The notes beneath the pieces are model-generated. The model saw only the letters and a list, made by a program, of their open reading frames with translations. It ran no database searches and was not told the DNA's origin. A stretch of DNA of 64,000 bases from Neoconidiobolus thromboides FSU 785 (Eukaryota > Fungi > Entomophthoromycota). Below, piece by piece: positions 1 through 10,559 of this stretch. The stretch lies in the NCBI GenBank assembly GCA_025603075.1, contig MU626287.1, positions 62,001-126,000 of the forward strand, read 5' to 3'. Within the stretch, counting starts at the first letter, position 1, and each line of letters opens with the position of its first letter. The position numbers and the translations under genes were made by a program.

Positions 1-125
1 CATTTATGAGTAGTTATTTACATATTCTAAAGATAAAAAACGACAAATAACTTATTAAATCCCTATGTTTAAAAAATTATTACTTAAAAAATTACTCCTA
101 ATAGTACATGATTGAACTTTGATAA

Positions 126-207
126 TTTAAAATCATTAACAATCTTTCCACTCAAATAGTGTTTAAAGGATGGAAAAGTAATGAAGTCAAAAAAAACATC
201 CCCATAT
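126..207 (+). mobile_element. MITE family copy 1 (left end decayed)
   Basis: aacaatctttccactcaaatagtgtttaaaggatggaaaagtaatgaagtcaaaaaaaacatcccc followed by atat; matches the right two-thirds of the consensus. Confidence 0.75.
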
Positions 208-275
208 GACTAAATTTAATAAATTTTTTGATTTTGAGTTAAGTTTGAAATTATTAAATATAGAAATACATCACC

Positions 276-381
276 ATATGAGGATGTTTTTTTTTGTTTA
301 AGAATTTTACTAACAATCTTTCCACTTAAATAGCGCTTAAAAAATGGAAAAATAATGAAATCAAAAAAAACATCCCCATAT
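276..381 (+). mobile_element. MITE family copy 2
   Basis: ATAT-gaggatgt...acatcccc-ATAT, 98 bp between TSDs. An isolated reversed end (aaatacatcacc) abuts it on the left. Confidence 0.9.
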
Positions 382-664
382 AATATACTAATTTAATACA
401 ATAGCAGATTTATTTAATAATTTATTATTTAAGTTATATAAAATACAGAAGTAGAATTTTTAGTTAAAATTAAGTTTGACTGGATTTTTTTGCTATAGTT
501 AGTTAACTTTTTTAATAAGCTATTTAAATATATTTGGCTATTTCTTATGAACTTTGATTTTATTTCCAAATCTTATGAATTGTAACAAGACCCAAAAAAA
601 CTTATAGCTAAAATCGTATTAATCTTTTTATATTATATAAAAAGTTATAGCTAAACTATCTGAT

Positions 665-765
665 ATTTAAGGATGTATTTTTTAAGAATTTTGCTATCAA
701 TTTTTCAGTTCAAATAGTGTTTAAAAGATGGAAAAAGTGATGAAGCCAAAAAAACACTCCCATTT
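665..765 (+). mobile_element. MITE family copy 3
   Basis: ATTT-aaggatgt...acactccc-ATTT; direct 4-bp duplication ATTT. Confidence 0.85.
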
Positions 766-987
766 GACAGATAGCTTTAAAATATTTAAAAAAGGATAAA
801 TTTGCTTAAACTTTGAGCAATTATAACTCTGTTCGTATTGATGCTATAAATTCGATACTAGCAGTATCGTTTAATAGCTCTCAACATAAGCTACATTTTA
901 AGAAAAAAGCATCTAATTTTATTAGGTTTTAATAAAAACAGGCTATTTTTTCTAAATCGGACTTTTTTCTAAACAAAAAGAGTATAA

Positions 988-1094
988 TAATGGGGATGTA
1001 TTTTTATATTTAAGAGTTTTACTGACAATTTCCCACTCATATAGCACTTAAAAGATGAAAAAAGTAATGAAGCAAAAAGAAAAACATCACTATT
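988..1094 (+). mobile_element. MITE family copy 4 (diverged)
   Basis: ggggatgtatttttatatttaagagttttactgacaatttcccactcatatagcacttaaaagatgaaaaaagtaatgaagc; right TIR decayed. Confidence 0.8.
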
Positions 1095-1311
1095 TATTGA
1101 TTAACTAAAATCTAAATCTTGTATGATAGTGTCAATAACATCAATATAAGCTATTGATCATTTTTAGCTATCTAAACCGATCGATTCAATTATCTACCAT
1201 CCTTTGCCTATTCTTACAATCATTAAAATTGGTCAAAATTTTGCTATAAAAGTAAAAACTATAATAAGTCAGATTGAGAAGATTAGAGTATCAGTAAACG
1301 GATGCTATTAT

Positions 1312-1442
1312 AAGTGTCTCATAGTCCATTAGGCGCTTGGGGGATAAAATGCGCTTCTTGAATGTGATCCGTGAGCAAGGGCTAGGTGAGACCATATTAT
1401 TTGAAAGGGTGATGCGAAAGTATACTTTTGTAAAAATTCAAA
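1312..1442 (-). ncRNA. Candidate two-hairpin (H/ACA-like) small RNA
   Basis: GC-richer island with nested inverted repeats gtctca/tgagac (1316-21/1387-92), tagtcc/gggcta, gcgc/gcgc and tttgaa/ttcaaa. On the minus strand an ANANNA (ATAATA) lies between the hairpins and ACA+3 nt follows the second. Judged by eye only. Confidence 0.25.
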
Positions 1443-2073
1443 AAGTAGAATCATTTGAGAATTAAATTGTTTGAAAAGTTACTATGCTAAATTAGTTTTT
1501 GATTTGTAAAAAAGCTCACTAATTTTAATCTTTTAGTATTATAGCTAAGTTAAATCGATTTGAACTTATCTTATTTTGTATGTTGATGGTAGCATTATAT
1601 GTCGCATAGCAATTGCTAATTAATTTTTAGTTCAAGTGCATCTAAGATATATCAAATAACTGGTTATTTTATCTTTTGAATCTTTAATGTATTAACTCTA
1701 GTTCAATAGTATAATGATATGCAGCTAGGACAGTATTTTTCAACTCAATAAAAAGGAGTAACAACATAAAATTGATACTATAAAATGGTATGATAATCCC
1801 ATTGTTTAAAAAGTCACCAAGCATAGGGCTTTTTGATTGAGCTATTACTTTGTAATATTAAATTTAAATAATTTAATAAATGAAAAGAGAATAGTAAGGT
1901 AGAATTTAAGAATATGTTCTATTTAAATAAAAAAATTCACTTATTTAATGATCGAAATCTTTGCTCAAAACCCTTACCCCAAAAATTCAACTCAAGCCAA
2001 TAGAATATAAGATTCTAAAAAATAAAAATCAACTTCAATTTTTTCTTTTTTAAAATATATTTTTAAAAATCAA

Positions 2074-3819
2074 ATGTCAATCACTATTGTTAAACAAACT
2101 CAAATGAAAATTAAAGTAACTAAACCTTACCCCAAACCCAATACCAAAGATTCTACCACCAATACTAATACTTCTACAAAACAATCAGAGTCGATCCCTA
2201 ATGATTTTAATGTAGAATCAAATACCGATAACGTACCCACTACTAGCATTAGTGATGAGGATGATCGAAAGCTTCGAGATATCGAGATTGTGAAGTTAAT
2301 CGCTGTTGCCACAGATATAAATTCTACTCCAATACAATATATGAACACAGAGCACAAACTCATTAAATATTACCTTGAAGATAACTTTCCAATCAATGGT
2401 GATACTGTTTCAGCTACAAAGAACCTTGATAAATATATTGAATGGGCTATCAATCCTAGTAAAAGTTCAAGCTCAATTTATTCATTAGTTGACAAAGTTT
2501 ACAATAAAAGTTTGGGATCTATTAAAAAAGAAAATGCATTTGTTATTCCAAAGAAACTTGATTCAATTGAAGTTATAGAAGGCTTACCAGCCAAATATCA
2601 TACTATGTTTCCATTTAATATAACGGAGGATGATTTAAAAGATAATACTAAAGATATAGAGACTGTTGGAGATCAAGATGATGACGATCTAAACATTAAA
2701 ACTCAATATGAGATTCCTTCAACTGGTATATCATTTATAAATAAGTCGCTTGCCCATAATTATGATATTGAAAAAGACGAATTTACAGCAGACGAAAGCG
2801 AGTTGATGGAAGATAGCGAATTTGAGCTTGAAAACAATGATGTTTCTGCTCATTTTGAAAATGTCCAAGAAGAAACTCCACAGGAGCTAACTGAAATAGT
2901 TATTAGTGAAACAGTGCCGCCTACTCAAGTTCAAGCTGGCGATGTTAATGGATTGTCAGGAGACAAAGTAAATGAAAAAGAAAATCAACCTACCGATCAA
3001 ACCAATGATGAAGTAAATGATGCACAAGCACCGTCATATGGTTATGATTATACTGGTCCATATCCTCCTCCTTCCAATAACTACGGATATACTGGTCCAT
3101 ATCCTCCTCCTCCAACTAACTATGGCTATAGTGGCCCATATCCTCCCCCTTCTCCACATACCTATGGATATAGTGTGCCTCCACCTCCACAACAATTTGG
3201 ATATAATGCTCCATTACCCCCTTATACTTATCCATATTATGCTCCTCCACCAAGCGAGTATAATAATTATCCCCATCCTGGGTATGCAGCAGATCCAAAT
3301 AGTTATCAACCAGTTTATTATAATGGTTACCCTTCCCACCATGGCCATGGTTATACCATCCCACAGCCAACATCTGCTAAAATAGAGATTAGACATCCAT
3401 CTACAAGAAACAAAAAATCAACTTCACCTAAAGATGATAGTAGCTCTAACGATAAGGAAGTTAAAGAGACCAAAGGTTCAGAATGGACAAATTCAGAATG
3501 TGAGACTAATAAAGCAAACTCAAAGGTCAATGAGAGTAATGGTACTGGTATTAATAATGAGATACCACAAACAACCAATAAGAGAAGTCAATCTAATAAT
3601 AATTATAAGCCTAAAGTGGAAGCTTATGATCCCAATGTAGAGCGTGGATACCCCCAATCTTATTCTAATAGCCCTAATGGACAAACTTGGAACGGAGGGC
3701 AAAACAATGGGTATAGTAACTATAATGGGAATAATTATCGAAATAATTATAAAGGTGGCTACAAAAAAAATTATAGGAAAAATCCAAATACGCCTAATGG
3801 AATAGAAGATGGTAATTAA
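2074..3819 (+). CDS. Hypothetical 581-aa protein, largely disordered, with Pro/Tyr-rich repeats (YGYTGPYPPP) and an N/G/Y-rich tail
   Basis: Single long intronless ORF in very AT-rich DNA; no family motif recognised. Confidence 0.75.
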   Translation: MSITIVKQTQMKIKVTKPYPKPNTKDSTTNTNTSTKQSESIPNDFNVESNTDNVPTTSISDEDDRKLRDIEIVKLIAVATDINSTPIQYMNTEHKLIKYYLEDNFPINGDTVSATKNLDKYIEWAINPSKSSSSIYSLVDKVYNKSLGSIKKENAFVIPKKLDSIEVIEGLPAKYHTMFPFNITEDDLKDNTKDIETVGDQDDDDLNIKTQYEIPSTGISFINKSLAHNYDIEKDEFTADESELMEDSEFELENNDVSAHFENVQEETPQELTEIVISETVPPTQVQAGDVNGLSGDKVNEKENQPTDQTNDEVNDAQAPSYGYDYTGPYPPPSNNYGYTGPYPPPPTNYGYSGPYPPPSPHTYGYSVPPPPQQFGYNAPLPPYTYPYYAPPPSEYNNYPHPGYAADPNSYQPVYYNGYPSHHGHGYTIPQPTSAKIEIRHPSTRNKKSTSPKDDSSSNDKEVKETKGSEWTNSECETNKANSKVNESNGTGINNEIPQTTNKRSQSNNNYKPKVEAYDPNVERGYPQSYSNSPNGQTWNGGQNNGYSNYNGNNYRNNYKGGYKKNYRKNPNTPNGIEDGN

Positions 3820-4023
3820 TAGCTTATAGATATGTTTGCTGGATTGTATTATTATTTTCATTGCTAATGTTAATAAAGTTAATTTATTTTTTTTATTTTT
3901 AGTTGAAATTTTGATTGATTTTAAAAATATTAAAGCACTACTGTTTTAATATATTTTGAGTGATATAATCAATTACAGAAAAATAGGAGGTATTTGATCT
4001 TTCCTCAATCGAGAGAATTTGAA

Positions 4024-4131
4024 ATATGGGGGATGTATTTTCGTGTTTAAGAATTTTACTAATAATTTTTCCACTCAAATAGTGCTTATAAGATAGAAAA
4101 AATAATGAAGCCAAAAAAAACATCCCCATAT
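4024..4131 (+). mobile_element. MITE family copy 5
   Basis: ATAT-gggggatgt...acatcccc-ATAT; ~200 bp after the stop at 3819. Confidence 0.92.
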
Positions 4132-5312
4132 GTAAAAATAGCAATGATAAATTAAAAGTTTCAAATTTCCCTTAATTTTAAATTCTACTTAAGATGTAAA
4201 TTAAGAAAAAAAGTATCTGTCTCAATTGAGAGGTCAAATATCTCTACTTTTCCATAGTTGATTGTAGTATATTTTCATATTATTTAATTAAATGAAAGAA
4301 GTCAAAGAAAGCATAGACAATGTAAGTATAAGAAGGGGTGAAATTAAAGGAAGCCAAGTAAACACTGGAATCTTATGTTTGAAACGATAGCCTTCAAAAC
4401 TCAAAGTTGTTCTGGTTTATTGTAACTCACCTAAGTAATAAAGGATATCACCAGAGTCTGAGTTAAAGAGATAAGTTATAGTAAATTAAATAGCTAAATC
4501 TATAATCAACTAGATATGAAATTAAAAATAACATCTTTGCATTTTAAAAGCGTTTCTACTAAACTAATAATAATTCATGAGTTTCACTTATATTCTAAAA
4601 AGATCAATTAAACTTGGGCATTAATTTGCTTTATTTGATTAGCTATATTAAAACCTATCTATTAAGTATAAATTGTTTGAAAGGCTTAATATATAAATTA
4701 TTTTTATAATAATCATTTTATCCAATATTAGTCATTATTTTTCAAAATAATTTCTGATTTTAAAAATCACATAAACGATTTATATGCTATTATTATTTAA
4801 TCCTTTATTACTTTTTAATTGTTCTTTTAAGTCTATTATTTGATCAAAAATATTTCACTTTTGGTTTGGCATTGTCATCTTTATCTTTTATCTAAACCTG
4901 ACAAAATGTATCCTTAGACTCCTTTCCTACCCTTTTCTGTAAGACCCTTAACTTTAATAGCGTCCTTCAGACTATGAATCAAACATGGAGTTTTCATATT
5001 TTAGATTATAAACGGTATTCTATGTTTTTTAAATATTTTATTAAACAGCCCTTTCTAATAAAAGGCAATTCTAAAACCTTTGTGCTACTAATGACAATGA
5101 TTAAGTAGATCTAAAGTTACTGTCAAATCCCTATTTCAGCTCTAGCTCATATCTATAAAGACTCATTAGATCCTGTGTAATGAATTTTAGTTTCTATGGT
5201 CTGTTCACTATTTTTTATCACCTTTATCACTAAACTCATTGCTAACCTTTTGTTCTGATGTGTTCGTAAAAAACCAAAGTGTAATAGAACTGAAATTATA
5301 ATTATTATAAGC

Positions 5313-5419
5313 ATTTGGGGATTTTTTTTTTGGCTTCATTACTTTTTCTACCTTTTAAGCACTATTTGAGCGGAAAAATTGTTAGTAAAGTTCTTAAATA
5401 CAAAAATACAGCCCCATTT
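5313..5419 (-). mobile_element. MITE family copy 6
   Basis: ATTT-gggg...gcccc-ATTT, reverse orientation, direct TSD ATTT; ~100 bp after the stop of the minus-strand gene at 5521. Confidence 0.92.
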
Positions 5420-5520
5420 GTTATTTTTTTGGACTGTTTCCAATAATTACAAATTTAATCAAGGTAAATTTGAAATTCAAAAACATAAATAATTTATTTA
5501 TAAAACTAAAACGAACAGAC

Positions 5521-6828
5521 TTAATAACCATCGTGACTGCCATATCCTTTGCTCTGTCCTTTACTGTAGCCATAACTTCCATAATTAGACCCATAACCAT
5601 ACCCTTTGTTTCTTGAGCCATAATCATAGTCTCTATTTCTTGAACCATAGCCATAGCCATAGCCTCTGTTTCTTGAGCCGTAACCATAACCTCTGTTTCT
5701 TGAGCCATAGCCATAACCTCTATTCCTTGAGCCATAGCCATAACCTCTGTTTCTTGAGCCATAGCCATAGTTTCCGTAACCATCGTTACCATATCCGTAA
5801 CCATAGCCGCTATAGCCCCTGTTACCATAACCATAACCGTAGTAATTAAAGCCATTAGTACTACTATCTGATCCTGAAGAACCGGATTCATCAGGGCTTC
5901 CATTAGAACTTGGAGAACCTAAAATAGCATCGCTTCCTAAGTTACCAGGCATTTGATTTGGATTTGGACTATCAGAAGCACTTGAAGCGTCAGTATCTCC
6001 TAAATTGTTTGGAATTTGATTTGAGTCTGAACTACCATATACGCCTGAAGCTCCAGTGTCTGATAAGTTGCCAGACATTTGACTTGAATCTGGATTTCCA
6101 GAAGCCCCTGAAGCATCAGTACCTCCTAAATTGCTTGGGATTTGGTTTGAGTCTGGATTACTAGATACACCTATGTTTCCTAAGTTGCCAGGCATTTGGT
6201 TCAGATCTGGGTTATCAGAGGCTCCTGAAGCACCAATGCCTCCTAAATTGCTTGGGATTTGATTTGGGTCTGGGTTCCCTGAAGTCCCTGAAGTATCAGT
6301 GCTTCCTAAGTTGCTTGGGATTTGATTTGAGTCTGAACTACCAGATACGCCTGAAGCTCCAGTGTCTGATAAGTTGCCAGACGTTTGATTTGAATCTGGA
6401 TTTCCAGAAGCCCCTGAAGCATTAGTACCTCCTAAATTGCTTGGGATTTGATTTAGATCTGGGCTACCAGATACACTTGCACCTCCTAAGTTACCAGGTA
6501 TTTGGTTTGGGTCTGGAATGCTAGATGCTCCGGCGTCTCCTAAATTATTTGGAATTTGACTTGAGCCTGAGACACTTGATTGTCCAGCACCTTCAGAGTT
6601 GCTCGGAACTTGATTGGGATCTGGGACTCCAAGAGACCCGTCGCCCTGAAAGCTAGTAGAGTTAACAGCTGGATAATTGTAACCGTTTCCGTAGCTACTT
6701 TGATATGTGGCTTGACTTCCAGTAGGTTGAGGATTTGAAATCGTTCCTTGATTAGAATTGCCTTCTGGTAAATTTAAAGCTGAGATGATAGCTAAGAAAG
6801 GAAGAAGTTCAATAATCATATTTTTCAT
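5521..6828 (-). CDS. Secreted Gly/Ser/Asn/Pro repeat protein with Tyr/Gly/Arg-rich C-terminus (putative wall or adhesive protein)
   Basis: 435-aa ORF; N-terminal hydrophobic stretch LLPFLAIISA; about 12 PDxNQxPxNLG repeats followed by YGYGSRNRG repeats. Confidence 0.85.
   Translation of the reverse strand: MKNMIIELLPFLAIISALNLPEGNSNQGTISNPQPTGSQATYQSSYGNGYNYPAVNSTSFQGDGSLGVPDPNQVPSNSEGAGQSSVSGSSQIPNNLGDAGASSIPDPNQIPGNLGGASVSGSPDLNQIPSNLGGTNASGASGNPDSNQTSGNLSDTGASGVSGSSDSNQIPSNLGSTDTSGTSGNPDPNQIPSNLGGIGASGASDNPDLNQMPGNLGNIGVSSNPDSNQIPSNLGGTDASGASGNPDSSQMSGNLSDTGASGVYGSSDSNQIPNNLGDTDASSASDSPNPNQMPGNLGSDAILGSPSSNGSPDESGSSGSDSSTNGFNYYGYGYGNRGYSGYGYGYGNDGYGNYGYGSRNRGYGYGSRNRGYGYGSRNRGYGYGSRNRGYGYGYGSRNRDYDYGSRNKGYGYGSNYGSYGYSKGQSKGYGSHDGY
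5605..5775 (-). repeat. 27-nt coding tandem repeat (YGYGSRNRG, about 6 units)
   Basis: Repeated ttcttgagccatagccataacctctgt-like units on the + strand. Confidence 0.85.
5925..6625 (-). repeat. 54-63-nt coding tandem repeat (PDSNQIPSNLGGTDASGASGN-like)
   Basis: Recurrent cctaaattgcttgggatttg / cctgaagc motifs with 18-21 aa periodicity in the translation. Confidence 0.85.
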
Positions 6829-7363
6829 TTTTAATGTTTGTGAGCTGAATAAAGAGTCTCAAGAATGCCTTAATTTAATAAAATACAATAAATAAATCCG
6901 ATTTATACAATGGATAGTGAGTTAATTTAATAATTATAACTTTATTCTTTTTGTTCTTTATATACTGTTATTTTACTACTCATAAAGTAGATTTTATGTT
7001 ACATTGCATTTTGCACAATTCATCTTTGCAAGCCACTTTCATTCACAGAGTTATTGAATTTACTGTAAGGACTTTCCTATTAGGTAAATTTTCTTAGGCT
7101 ATCTTAACTAGAGTCCAATTTCCGGTTGACTTACATTGATATTAAAAGCCCTTTGCTATTTTTAAATTTCTATTATGCATCATTTAAAACGCCAAGGTTA
7201 TCTTTATGCATTATTTGGGTTTAATAAAATATGAAGTTAGTTAAACTATTTTGAAAGTGAATCGTTTTACAGGTTTTAAGTCTTTACTAACTAATTAACT
7301 ACTTGTTTAAGAAAAATCTTGTAATAAAATTTGGCAAAACATATAAACAGATTAAAATTGGCT

Positions 7364-7465
7364 ATATGATAATATTTTTTTGCTCTATCACTTTTTCCAT
7401 TTTTTTAAACACTATTTGAGTGGAAAGGTTGATAATAAAATTCTTAAAAAAACATATCCCCATAT
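7364..7465 (-). mobile_element. MITE family copy 7
   Basis: ATAT...atatcccc-ATAT with ctatttgagtggaaa core, reverse orientation. Confidence 0.85.
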
Positions 7466-7874
7466 ACAACTTCTAAAAATTACCAGTAAATAAATCGCAA
7501 AAAAGCTACAACAGCTATAAAGCCTTGGTTTGCAGCTGTTTAACTCAAATACTATTCTTTTGTTAGAATGAAACTTTGTTAGCTTTATAAGCATGAAAAA
7601 GTTAAGGGATTAAAAATTTATGTACTCTTAAAACTTTGCTACAAAGCTTAGTTTACCTTGAGTTTTAAAGATTAGCAATGTATTTCAACTAAAACATCAT
7701 TTAGTATAATGATCATAGAAAACAGCTAATAAACTATTAAATAAATATAGTTTTTATTATTTCTTATTTCTTATTTCTTATAAAGAAGTGAAGGGTAAAA
7801 AATAGCTGGTTTAAAATTTTAAGAGGGTATCAAATACAAAATAATTAACTACTATTCTTTATAATCATTGAGAT

Positions 7875-8502
7875 TTATAATATTATTCTTCCAGGTGTTA
7901 ATACACATTGATTATAACAAGAATTAAAGTCATTAAATATCGAATCGGTACAGTTATCAACTTCATAATCAACACATTCTTCACCATCAAAAAAGTAGCG
8001 TATCCCGTATAACTCTTCTGGTGAACAATCTTGATATTCATATGGTAATTTATTACACAAATCATTCTTTAAGTCAAATATTTTAAGACCATTTATCTTC
8101 CCCTCCTTTTTATCGGCTGTATCGATCACACTTTTAGGGTCTAAACAAAATCATTAGATGAACAAAAAAGATCAACTCATTTTTTTAACTTACTTTTTTC
8201 TGGTTTTGTCGAATCCTTATTTCCTTTATTATCTTCTTTTACCTTGTTTTTAGAGGAACTGGACATATCACTTTCGATAGCATTACTGTTATTGCTTGTT
8301 GCATATGTTAGGTTTTTTGCGGTGGCTTGAGCTAAGTTAGAATTTATAATGGTATCGTTTACGACAGAAGGGATTTTAGGCGCTTATTATTTAAAAAGGT
8401 TATTAGAACATGTCAAACATCAATGTACAACAACTACTTACCATTAATTTTTGAAGCCAAATAAACTTGTAATAGCAAGGTTGAAAATATTAATATTCTC
8501 AT
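7875..8502 (-). CDS. Secreted protein with C-terminal Kunitz/BPTI-like domain (3 exons)
   Basis: Exons 8502-8442, 8382-8194 and 8140-7875 join in frame via GT-AG introns of 59 and 53 nt. Signal peptide MRILIFSTLLLQVYLA; Cys pattern C-x9-C-x16-C-x7-C-x10-C-x3-C with RYFFD. Confidence 0.7.
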
Positions 8503-9368
8503 TTTGTATATAGGATCCTAAAAGTTATTGTCCAGCAATTATATAATAAAGTAAATGATAAAGAAAACAACTATTAGTTTTCTACTTTTGGTGATCATTT
8601 GAATTTATTAGCATCTTTATTTTTCGTTGATCAATAAAAAATCTTTATTTAAATTATTTCTTTTTACTATTTTAGTAAATTGAGCTCTTTTTGATTTGAC
8701 CATTATCTCCCATAACTCTATTGTGACTTAGCTAACTGTTCATTTAAGAGTAAAATTTTGCTAAAACAAACTAAAACATAATGATTAGCCAAAAAAAAAC
8801 TAAAAAAACGAATAAATGGCCCCCAAAAGCTATAGCAAGTAAAATCACAATAGAACTGCAACAGTTTTATTTTATTGCCAGATTATCAAATTGGAATTTT
8901 GGAAGTCTAATTCGATCCTAAATTTAAATTAACTTCAAACTCAATATGCTTTTTGCCCACCAATACTCTCACTTCATCAAAGTATTGCAGCGTTAATAAC
9001 TCAGCGTTGTTTAGATTTTGATTTCAAAAATGTTTAAGGGTGCCATGTAATAGATTATTATTTCAAGTTAATCTTCACACATTATTACCAACATTGTGGT
9101 ATTAAAAATCTTGTTAATGTACCTATTTTTTTCTAATACCTTGTCAAACTTAACACACTTGCCCACAAGGATTCTGCGTCTTTTGAAAAAAGTGATTTTT
9201 AACTTTTGCTATAAGATAATTTCTAAAGTAATCTAAGATTTTGATTGAAAAATTAGCTTACCATTAAACATTCTACTTTTCTTCATGTTAGTTATTTTCA
9301 CAGCTACTGTCTATTATTCCATTACTTATTTGTTATCTGTCAGTAAATACCTACTATTTATCAAAATC

Positions 9369-9484
9369 ATGTGTGGATGTCTCTTTTTATTTAAGAAATT
9401 TATTAACAACTTTTTCGCTCAAATAGTACTTGAAGAATGGAGAAAGCTGTTAGCGAACTTCTTTAAAAAGAGATATCCTCATGT
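9369..9484 (+). mobile_element. MITE family copy 8 (diverged)
   Basis: ATGT-gtggatgt...atatcctc-ATGT; copy-specific TSD ATGT; ctcaaatag core. Confidence 0.75.
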
Positions 9485-9658
9485 ATTCAATATTTGAACT
9501 TACATTAATCTCAGGTACCGTAATATTAAAACTAAAAATATATCTAATTTAAATTTTTCATCACATTGATAAAATATCTTTCATGTTTTGTAAAACAACA
9601 TAAGTTTCTATTTGAATATTTAACGCAATATATTTCAATATGTATATTTTATTTGATT

Positions 9659-9761
9659 ACATAGGGGCATTTTTTTGACTTCACTTTTTCTATCTTTTAA
9701 GCGCTATTTGAGCAGAATAACCACTGATAAGATTTTTCAACAAAAAAATACATCTCCACAT
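9659..9761 (-). mobile_element. MITE family copy 9
   Basis: ACAT-agggg...acatctcc-ACAT; TSD ACAT; ttaagcgctatttgag core. Confidence 0.8.
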
Positions 9762-10559
9762 ACTATCAATAACTTGTACATTATGGATATACTTTTATTT
9801 CAATTTACTGATTTTAGTTTTAAAAAAATAATTATAAATCAAGATTTTACCATTATTTTTTAACTTCTATTATACTATTCCATATATTGTACAAATGTAT
9901 TAAATACTATGTATTAAGCAATAAATGCCCTTTGGAATGATGTTATTACAATTTCTAACATTAACATATTGTATATCAAAAAGACCTTAACTATATTTTA
10001 CATTGTAAAATTTCACTTTGCCTAATATTAATATTTTAATAAACTTACTGTTACTAAAAAAGTTAATAAGTGTCATTGGTTTTTGACTATAAACAAGTTA
10101 TTTACAAGTGAAAATTATTTACTGTCAGCCTTATACTTCCTACTATCATAACTTGCCCAAAAAATGAAGGAATTTATGAAAACACTTAATAGTTTTTGAT
10201 AGTTTGTAGCGCACACTTTAAACCTATTTAGCTATGCTTTCGCCATAATTAATTGTTATTTTCATGTGCTAAGTATTATAGCAGTTCGCTGCTTTGTAAA
10301 GAGAATAATTTAATTGTAAACTAATAGTTAAGTGTAATTTGGTTATCTGATTTAAACTAACTTTAGAAAATTGAACATGGTTGTATTTTTAACTAAGAAA
10401 CAAAAATGGTAGTGGTTGATTTAAAAAATCTAAAAATGACAAAGCTCGAAAATCAAGGAACAAAAAAAGGAAGAATAAGATTCAAGTCACAGGTACTGAA
10501 TAAAAGGTATGAATTAATTGAAATAGAATTTTTTTTTGTATTAATCTAATTACTAAAAA

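Noticed and set aside
1945-2160. Short similarity between the upstream region and the start of the 581-aa ORF (ccttacccc, ccaata, aagattcta)
   Set aside because: Only scattered 6-9-nt matches; at most a decayed local duplication
3938-4144. Short ORFs with FLSFKRYLSGKI / KNTSP similarity (also 7412, 9675, 40333, 56962, 63414)
   Set aside because: They are translations of the reverse strand of the MITE, not a protein family
5421-5903. 160-aa minus ORF with MAQETEVMA repeats, plus ORFs 5613-5849 and 5958-6164
   Set aside because: Alternative-frame or antisense shadows of the 27-nt and 63-nt repeats of the 435-aa gene
8867-9286. Possible spliced minus-strand gene relic (…ELLTLQYFDE|DRIRLPKFQFDNLAIK*)
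   Set aside because: Plausible splice sites, but in-frame stops and no consistent frame across the middle; the serpin-like LPKF resemblance is too short to support
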